A stretch of DNA of 64,000 bases from an uncultured Gemmatimonadales bacterium. GTDB lineage: Bacteria > Gemmatimonadota > Gemmatimonadetes > Gemmatimonadales > GWC2-71-9. The DNA lies in the NCBI GenBank assembly GCA_963730185.1, contig CAVSQW010000009.1, forward strand, positions 192,001-256,000, in the 5' to 3' direction. The translations under genes were made by a program, and so were the position numbers. Shown one piece after another: positions 57,537 through 64,000 of the stretch. Position 1 is the first letter of the stretch. The number at the start of each line of letters is the position of its first letter. The notes beneath the pieces were generated by a model. It had not been told where the DNA came from and did no database searches. It was given only the letters and a program-made list of their open reading frames with translations.

Positions 57537-58316
57537 TCAACTGGACTTCGGGGCCGGCGCCCCCGGACCGAACCTGGCGGGGTCGGCCGGAGGATTCACT
57601 TCGACCGACTGGAAGTCGGTCGCCCCGGTGGGCATCCCGCCCGCCGTGCTCTCTTCATGGAACGGGAACTTCACGCCGTTCACGTCCCGGAAGTCGGAGT
57701 ATACCGTTTCGAAGACGGTGTGCACGCTGCCGGAAACCAGCAGGGTCTGTGCTCGGCTGATCAGGTTGGTGGTCGGGTCGAGAAAGATCCGCATCGACCG
57801 GCCGCCGCCCAGCTTGAGCTCGAACCCGGGGAGCGATTTGCCGTCGGCCTCCATCGGCTCGACCGGGACCGCGTCGGCGCCGCGCTTCTCCAGGAGCCAG
57901 GGGAGATCGGCCCGGGCGGCTTGGAGCACCATCGAGCTGAGGAGGGCTCCCTGAACCGGGACGATGTCACCGGTCGGTGTGGCTCCCCACCCCACGGTGT
58001 CGGTCACGATCCGGATCTCGGCATGATCGGGGTAGGCGATCTCCACCCGGAGCGAGTCCGGCCGGGCGAAGGTTCGGACCGTCTTCACGTCGGCGTGTCG
58101 CATTGTCGCGTGGAGCGTGCCCGTCATCCGATAGGAGTGGACCGCCGCGCGCGCCTCGGGGGTGCCATAGGCGGCCAGCACCTGGTCGAGCTGCTGCTGA
58201 TGGATCGAGGCCACCGGTCGATCGGTGGACTTGCCGCACCCCGCCCCGCCGAGCAGGACGGCGAGGGCGGCGAGGGTCGGGGAGCGGGGACTGAAGGCGA
58301 ATCGCGAACGGATCAC
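57537..58316 (-). CDS. Hypothetical lipoprotein (LolA-like fold possible)
   Basis: Lipobox GAGC; AAYG, LDPTTNLI, YSDFRDVNGVKFPF. Confidence 0.75.
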   Translation of the reverse strand: MIRSRFAFSPRSPTLAALAVLLGGAGCGKSTDRPVASIHQQQLDQVLAAYGTPEARAAVHSYRMTGTLHATMRHADVKTVRTFARPDSLRVEIAYPDHAEIRIVTDTVGWGATPTGDIVPVQGALLSSMVLQAARADLPWLLEKRGADAVPVEPMEADGKSLPGFELKLGGGRSMRIFLDPTTNLISRAQTLLVSGSVHTVFETVYSDFRDVNGVKFPFHEESTAGGMPTGATDFQSVEVNPPADPARFGPGAPAPKSS

Positions 58317-58317
58317 G

Positions 58318-60582
58318 TCACCGGCCTCCTGCCGGAAGGTGCTCGATCAGGTAACGGGTCAGGCGAGCGTAGATGTTGAGCGTGGTGCCGGCCCCTTCGC
58401 AGATGCAGTGGCTGCGATTGGGGTAGTCCATGAAGTCGAACGACTTGCCCAGCTGGATCAGGCGATTGACCAACCGCTCGGTGCCCTGGAAGTGCACGTT
58501 GTCGTCGCCGGAGCCGTGCACCACCAGGAGACGACCCCGGAGTCCCTGCGCGAAGTTGATGGGCGACGCCTTGTCGTAGGCCGCCCGATCGAGCGAGGGC
58601 AACCCCATGTACCGCTCCTGATAGATGGTGTCGTAGAGGAGCTGGTCCGGAACCGGGGCGACCGCCATCCCGACCTGGTACACGTCCGGGTAGCGGAACA
58701 TGGCCTGGAGGGTGCTCGAGCCGCCGCCGCTCCAACCCCAGATCGCCACCCGGGTCGAGTCGAGGTAGTGGTGCTGCCGGGTGAGGGCCCGGACGGCTTC
58801 GGCCTGATCGCGGCTCGACAGGACACCGATGGCGCCGTACACCACCTTCCGCCAGGCCCGTCCGCGCGGGGCGGGGGTGCCTCGATTGTCCACGCTCATC
58901 ACCACGTATCCGGCGTCGGCCAAGGCATGGTGCCAGAGGCCCTGCTCCCCCCGCCAGGCGTCGACCACCGTCTGTCCGGCCGGCTCGCCGTAGACGTGAA
59001 CGAGGACGGGGTAGCTCTTGGTCGAGTCGAAGCTCCGGGGCTTGATCATCCAGCCGTCCAGCCTGACACCGTCGCCCACGTCCACCTTGAAGAACTCGGC
59101 CGGCCGCCCGACGGCCCGGTCCACGGCAGCCCGCTGCTCGCCGTTGTCGGCCAGGACTCGGATCCGCTCGTGTGAGGGTAGCCGGACCAGGTCGATCGAC
59201 GCAGGCCGCTCGAATCGGGACCAGGCGTGGAACGCGAACCGGGCGTCGGGGGCGATCTCATAGTCGTTGGTTCCCGGCTCGTCCGCTGGGGTGACCCGCT
59301 CCAGCTTGCCGGTGCCGTCGAGGCGGGTCCGGTAGAGGTAGCGGCTGGTGGCGTCGTCCGGCGAGGCGATCAGGTAGAGCCATCCGCCCGTCTCGTCGAC
59401 GGCGGCCACCTCGATGGCGTCGTAGTCGCCGGTAGTCACCCGGGTAATCCGGCTCCCGTCGCGAGCCACCCGATAGAGGTGGCGCCAGCCGTCCCGCTCG
59501 CTTACCCAGAGGAACTCCTTGCCGCCGGCCAGCCAGGTGAGGTCGTCCACCACGTCGACCCAGGCGCTGTCCCGCTCGGTCAACACCGTCCGCACGGTCC
59601 CGCGGGTCGGGTCGGCCAGCATGACCCGATCGGTGTTCTGGAGTCGATTGATCCGCTGCAGCACGACGGTCGAGTCGTCGACCCACTCCATCCGAGGCAG
59701 ATAGTTCTCGCGCGGATCGTCGGGGACCGGGAGCCAGGTCGTTGGACCGCCGGACGCCGACACCACCCCCACCTGCACGGCCGAATTGGTGGTCCCGACC
59801 TTCGGATACTGGATCGGAATCACCTTCGGGTAGAGCGAGTCGGTGTCGTTGATCAGACGGAACGTCCCGACCCCGGTCATGTCGAAGTGCCAATACGCGA
59901 TCCGGTGGCCGTCCGGCGACCAGCGGAAGCCGTCCCGAAGCGAGAACTCCTCCTCGTAGACCCAGTCCGTCATGCCGTTGACGTGGAGGGAGTCGGCACC
60001 GGTCGTGAGCCGGGTGATCGTCCCGTCCTTCAAGGTCTCGACGTAGATATCTCCCTGGCGGACGTACGCGACGCGATCGCCGGCGGGCGAGAACTTGGCG
60101 TACATCAGCGACGATTCGGGCGCCTCCGATCCGCCGAGCTTCCGGAGCGAGCCGCTCCGGCGGTCGAGCACCCAGTAGTCGCCCCGGGTGTTCTGACGCC
60201 AGACCCGGGCGGAGTTGGTGAAGACGAGGACCTGGCCGCCGTCGGGCGAGAGGGCGTAGTCCTCGAGCTCGAGCGGTTCGGTGGCGCCGGACGGGATCAG
60301 GGCGTTGGCCGGAACGAAGATCGAGCGGGCGCCGGTGGCGGTCTGGTAGCGAACGATGTCGACGCCGCGGCCACCGGCGGACGGCTCCACGGTGGTGTAG
60401 GCGGTCCCCTGCTCGATCCACACCGCCGGCCCGAACCGCTCCCTCGGGGCGAACTCGCGCGAGGCGAAGATCCGCTGCACGCTCGCCTCGAGGTCCGGTG
60501 GCACGGTGGGCAGCTGGGCGGATGCCGGGACCGAGCCCGCGGCCACCAGCGAAACGACGAGGAGGATGACGCGGCGAGGCAT
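58318..60582 (-). CDS. Dipeptidyl peptidase IV (S9B)
   Basis: Signal peptide; DWVYEEE, VYGEP, GWSGGG, HGSGDDNVH, NRSH. Confidence 0.95.
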   Translation of the reverse strand: MPRRVILLVVSLVAAGSVPASAQLPTVPPDLEASVQRIFASREFAPRERFGPAVWIEQGTAYTTVEPSAGGRGVDIVRYQTATGARSIFVPANALIPSGATEPLELEDYALSPDGGQVLVFTNSARVWRQNTRGDYWVLDRRSGSLRKLGGSEAPESSLMYAKFSPAGDRVAYVRQGDIYVETLKDGTITRLTTGADSLHVNGMTDWVYEEEFSLRDGFRWSPDGHRIAYWHFDMTGVGTFRLINDTDSLYPKVIPIQYPKVGTTNSAVQVGVVSASGGPTTWLPVPDDPRENYLPRMEWVDDSTVVLQRINRLQNTDRVMLADPTRGTVRTVLTERDSAWVDVVDDLTWLAGGKEFLWVSERDGWRHLYRVARDGSRITRVTTGDYDAIEVAAVDETGGWLYLIASPDDATSRYLYRTRLDGTGKLERVTPADEPGTNDYEIAPDARFAFHAWSRFERPASIDLVRLPSHERIRVLADNGEQRAAVDRAVGRPAEFFKVDVGDGVRLDGWMIKPRSFDSTKSYPVLVHVYGEPAGQTVVDAWRGEQGLWHHALADAGYVVMSVDNRGTPAPRGRAWRKVVYGAIGVLSSRDQAEAVRALTRQHHYLDSTRVAIWGWSGGGSSTLQAMFRYPDVYQVGMAVAPVPDQLLYDTIYQERYMGLPSLDRAAYDKASPINFAQGLRGRLLVVHGSGDDNVHFQGTERLVNRLIQLGKSFDFMDYPNRSHCICEGAGTTLNIYARLTRYLIEHLPAGGR

Positions 60583-60724
60583 CGACGACCCTTCGAACGG
60601 TGGAGACCGGAAGATATCGAGGGAGCCCGGGCTGGGCGACGTTGTGTCTGGCGCGAGGCGGGCGCTGACGGTACGATCCAGCCATCCCTTCCGAACCGAT
60701 CTTCATCTTCGTTGGAGGCCCTGA

Positions 60725-62155
60725 ATGCGCGCCGCCCGCTCGCTCCTCGTCATGGCGCTCCTCCCGGGAGCCCTGCCCGCCCAAGGTACGGCCAATTTCC
60801 CCGCGGCCGAGCGCGCCTTCGTCGCCGTCGACGCCCCGGCGGTGGCGCTGACCCACGTCAAGCTGATCGACGGCACCGGGGCCGCCCCCCTGGACGATCA
60901 GACGGTGGTGTTCTCGGCTGGCCGGATCAGCTGGGTGGGGCCCAGCGCGTCGGCCCAGATCCCGGCCGGAGCCCAGGTCCTCGACCTTCCTGGCCACACG
61001 GTGATCCCCGGCCTGGTGGGCCTTCACGACCACACCTTCTACGGCGGGGGTGGCTGGCCGTATGTCCACCAGCCGGTCAGCGCGCCCCGTCTCTATCTGG
61101 CCTCCGGCGTCACCACCATCCGCACCACCGGGAGTACGGCGCCCTATCAGGACCTGATCATCAAGCACGCGATCGACAGCGGGATCGTGGTAGGACCGCG
61201 GATGTACGTCACCGGTCCCTACATCACCGGCCCGGGCGGCAACGACGGGATCATGTACGAGGTCGCGACGCCCGAGGCGGCCCGCCGGATCGCGGCCTAC
61301 TGGGCGGGTGAGGGCGCCAGCTGGCTCAAGGTCTACAACATGATCACCCGCGAGGAGCTGGCCGCCCTGGTGGACGAAGCCCACAAGCACGGGGTCAAGG
61401 TCACCGGCCACCTCTGCTCGATCGGCTATCGCGAGGCGGTGGCCCTGGGCATGGACGCCGTGGAGCACGGTCTCTACGCCAACTCGGAGTACGATCCGGA
61501 CAAGACGCCGGACCACTGTCCCGGTGTCAAGATGAGCGTGATCGAGGGGCTCGACGTCGACGGGCCCGCGGTCCAGGCCACCTTCAAGGACATGGTGAGC
61601 CATCACGTGGCCATGACCTCGACCCTGGCGATCTTCGAGGGGCTGATGTCGGGCCGGCCTCCGCTCGAGCAGCGAACCCTCGACGCGCTCTACCCGCCGG
61701 CTCGCGACGCGTATCTCAAGGCCCGCGAGATGCTCACCACTCCGGCGGCCAAACCGTTCGTCGTGACCGATGCCGGGCTCGCCAAGCTGATGGCGTACGA
61801 GGTGGCCTTCGTGAAGGCGGGGGGGCTTCTTGGTGCCGGGGTCGACCCCACCGGCGTGGGCGGCGTCCTGGCCGGGTTCGGCGACCAGCGGAACTACGAG
61901 CTCTTCCTCGAAGCCGGCTTTTCACCTCAGCAGGCGATCCAGGTCCTCACCGGCAACGGCGCCAAGGTGCTCGGAGCGTACGACCGGTTCGGCAGCGTCA
62001 CTCCCGGCAAGCTGGCCGACCTGGTGGTGATTCGGGGCGACATCGTCGCCACGCCGGCCGACATCCGGAACGTCACGCTCGTGTTCCGGGAAGGGGTGGG
62101 CTACGACTCGCCCAAGCTGATCGCGTCGGTCAAGGGCATGGTCGGACTCCGGTGA
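60725..62155 (+). CDS. Secreted amidohydrolase-family protein
   Basis: VIPGLVGLHDH, LASGVTT, WLKVY, VTGH, VEHG, GVD, GKLADLVV. Confidence 0.9.
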   Translation: MRAARSLLVMALLPGALPAQGTANFPAAERAFVAVDAPAVALTHVKLIDGTGAAPLDDQTVVFSAGRISWVGPSASAQIPAGAQVLDLPGHTVIPGLVGLHDHTFYGGGGWPYVHQPVSAPRLYLASGVTTIRTTGSTAPYQDLIIKHAIDSGIVVGPRMYVTGPYITGPGGNDGIMYEVATPEAARRIAAYWAGEGASWLKVYNMITREELAALVDEAHKHGVKVTGHLCSIGYREAVALGMDAVEHGLYANSEYDPDKTPDHCPGVKMSVIEGLDVDGPAVQATFKDMVSHHVAMTSTLAIFEGLMSGRPPLEQRTLDALYPPARDAYLKAREMLTTPAAKPFVVTDAGLAKLMAYEVAFVKAGGLLGAGVDPTGVGGVLAGFGDQRNYELFLEAGFSPQQAIQVLTGNGAKVLGAYDRFGSVTPGKLADLVVIRGDIVATPADIRNVTLVFREGVGYDSPKLIASVKGMVGLR

Positions 62156-63096
62156 CCCGAGCGGGGCTCGCGGTCCTGCTCGCCGCGACGGCCGGCTGTG
62201 GTCGAGCCACGCCGCGGCTCGCCGATACCTGGTGCCACCATCCGGAGCGGGCCGGGTACGATTCGCTGACTCGGGTGGCTTCGCCCGATCCCTGGTTCCG
62301 CGTGTATCAGGTCGACAGCGCCGTGTACGCCCTCTACGAGCCCGAGCAGTTTCAGGAGGTCATTTCCTACCTGATCGTCGGTGCCGATCGCGCCCTGCTC
62401 TTCGACACCGGGATGGGAATGCGGCCGATCCGCCCGGTCCTGGAGTCCCTGACCGATCGGCCGATCACGGTCGTCAACTCACACACGCACTACGACCACA
62501 TCGGCGGCAACGCCGACTTCGACAGCATTCTGGCGATGGACACGGAGTTTACCCGCGAGAACGAGCGCGGCAACCCGCATGCGGCGGTGGCGGGTGAGGT
62601 GACCCCGGAGGCGGTCTGCCTGATCCACCTGCCGGGATTCGACACGGCGGGTTACGCGATTCGTCCCTGGACACCGACCGGCACCGTCGCCGACGGCAGC
62701 ACCATCGAGCTGGGCGGGCGGACCATCGAGGTCGTCGCGGCGCCGGGCCATACCCCGGACGCGATCGCCCTCCTGGACCGGGAGGCCGGCCTGCTCTGGA
62801 CCGGCGACACCTTCTACGACGGCCCGATCTGGCTCTACTTCCCGGGCACCGATCTCGACGCCTACCAGCGAAGCATCGAGCGCCTGGCCGCCCTCGCCCC
62901 GGGCCTCAAGCGGATCTTCCCGGCCCACAACACACCGGTCGCGCCGCCCACCCGCCTGCCCGAGCTCGTGCGCCGGTTCGCCGAGGTGCGGAGCGGTGGG
63001 GTTCGAGGTGAGCCTCGGGACGGCGGCTTGATGGAGTACCGCTTCCCGGGTCTCCCCTTCTCCTTCCTGATGCGGCCAGTAGCCCGGCCTCGTTGA
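62152..63096 (+). CDS. Metallo-beta-lactamase-fold hydrolase, lipoprotein
   Basis: Lipobox TAGC; SHTHYDH, PGHTP, TGD, PAH. Confidence 0.9.
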   Translation: MTRAGLAVLLAATAGCGRATPRLADTWCHHPERAGYDSLTRVASPDPWFRVYQVDSAVYALYEPEQFQEVISYLIVGADRALLFDTGMGMRPIRPVLESLTDRPITVVNSHTHYDHIGGNADFDSILAMDTEFTRENERGNPHAAVAGEVTPEAVCLIHLPGFDTAGYAIRPWTPTGTVADGSTIELGGRTIEVVAAPGHTPDAIALLDREAGLLWTGDTFYDGPIWLYFPGTDLDAYQRSIERLAALAPGLKRIFPAHNTPVAPPTRLPELVRRFAEVRSGGVRGEPRDGGLMEYRFPGLPFSFLMRPVARPR

Positions 63097-63108
63097 CCGA
63101 GCCCGCGC

Positions 63109-64000
63109 TCAGTTGGCGGGTGGTTCGGGCTGGGTCGGATTCCGGACCGGCTGGCCCGGCATCGCGCCTTTCACCAACTCGCCGTCCTTGACCACGAAGG
63201 TGCCGTTCACCAAGACGTAGGGAATTCCGGTCGACAGCTTGGTCGGCTCGGCGAAGGTCGCCTGGTCCTTCACGGTGGCCGGATCAAACACCGTGAGGTC
63301 GGCGTCGGCGCCGACCGCGATCCGGCCCTTGTTCTTCATCTCCGGCACGTAGGACTCGAGCCGGCGGGCCGGGAGGATCGTCATCTTCGCGATCGCGTCC
63401 ATCAGCGGCAGGAGGTGCTTCTCCCGCACGTAGAGGCCGAGGACCCGGGCGTAGGTGCCGGCGCCGCGGGGGTGACCGGTGCCGTTGACGAAGGGAACGC
63501 CGTCGCTCGCGATGATCACCCCAGGGTGGGCGATCGCCCGCTCGACATTGGCGTCCTTCATCAGGTAGAGGATGACCCAGCCACCTTCCTTCCGGTACTG
63601 GTCGAAGGTCGCCTTGGTGAGCCGCTCACCGGTCTTGGCCCAGCCCAGATCGCCGTAGTCGATCTTGACGTTCTTCTGCCAGCCGGGATTGAAAAGAGCC
63701 GACTCGATCAGGGTCGAGGCCGCGGTGTAGGGGTACACCTCGGTGGTCACGTCCTGTCCCGCCGCCCGGACCGAGTCGATCAGGGCCAGCGCCTCAGGAA
63801 GATCGTCGCCCGCGCTGCTCCCGACGTGCACGACGTGGAGCGAGGCTCCGGTGGCCCGGGCTTCGTCGATTGCCTCCCGGATGGCGCCGATGCCGAACGC
63901 CCGGGTGTGCACGAACACCGGCGCATGGCGCTCGGCCGCCACCGCGAACATGCTCTGAATTTCCGACGGCTCGGCGCCCGGGGTGTAGTTGATCCCGAAG
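63109..64000 (-). CDS. N-acyl-D-amino-acid deacylase-like amidohydrolase (5' truncated by window edge)
   Basis: GINYTPG, VHTR, EVYPYTA, IASDG, HPRGAGTY, GADADLTVFD. Confidence 0.88.
   Translation of the reverse strand, partial: FGINYTPGAEPSEIQSMFAVAAERHAPVFVHTRAFGIGAIREAIDEARATGASLHVVHVGSSAGDDLPEALALIDSVRAAGQDVTTEVYPYTAASTLIESALFNPGWQKNVKIDYGDLGWAKTGERLTKATFDQYRKEGGWVILYLMKDANVERAIAHPGVIIASDGVPFVNGTGHPRGAGTYARVLGLYVREKHLLPLMDAIAKMTILPARRLESYVPEMKNKGRIAVGADADLTVFDPATVKDQATFAEPTKLSTGIPYVLVNGTFVVKDGELVKGAMPGQPVRNPTQPEPPAN

Noticed and set aside
62152..63096. Antibiotic-resistance beta-lactamase call
   Set aside because: HxHxDH is shared by the whole MBL superfamily; no subclass-specific evidence
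1..64000. CRISPR arrays, IS elements, prophage, rRNA/tRNA, defence systems
   Set aside because: No regularly spaced repeats, transposase, integrase, phage or defence motifs, or RNA gene signatures were seen by eye

Overview
Very GC-rich, densely coding bacterial chromosomal segment with about 52 CDS. I saw no rRNA, tRNA, CRISPR array, integrase or transposase. Gene content suggests Gemmatimonadota or a related lineage (inference): a PadR plus ADOP duplicated permease, many secreted peptidases, and short unnamed lipoproteins and beta-barrels. Main blocks: (1) YbhFSR-like ABC exporter operon (1-3494); (2) LytS/LytTR two-component system with neighbouring hydrolases; (3) PadR-ADOP pair with a clear promoter/operator; (4) a ~12.7 kb surface-glycan cluster (24759-37433: degenerate deacetylase-GT2 fusion, FAD oxidoreductase, deacetylase, AsnB, extended NDP-sugar dehydrogenase, GT-C, sulfotransferase, flippase-like protein, WecB); (5) a tightly coupled 7-gene uptake/catabolic operon (37775-46329: two DUF885-like metallohydrolases, Dpp-type SBP and permeases without an ATPase, two Gfo/Idh/MocA oxidoreductases); (6) a peptidase/amidohydrolase-rich region (tricorn, M30-like, DPP IV, D-aminoacylase-like). 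Best leads for new biology: the DUF885/ABC/Gfo operon with atypical active-site motifs; D-[ST]-[ALVIMT] sequon enrichment in exported proteins, suggesting a Bacteroidota-like O-glycosylation system; and a 72-aa ORF with its own sigma54-type promoter. Two single-base frameshifts and an orphan gene fragment may be assembly errors. All family assignments come from motif recognition by eye, not from database searches.
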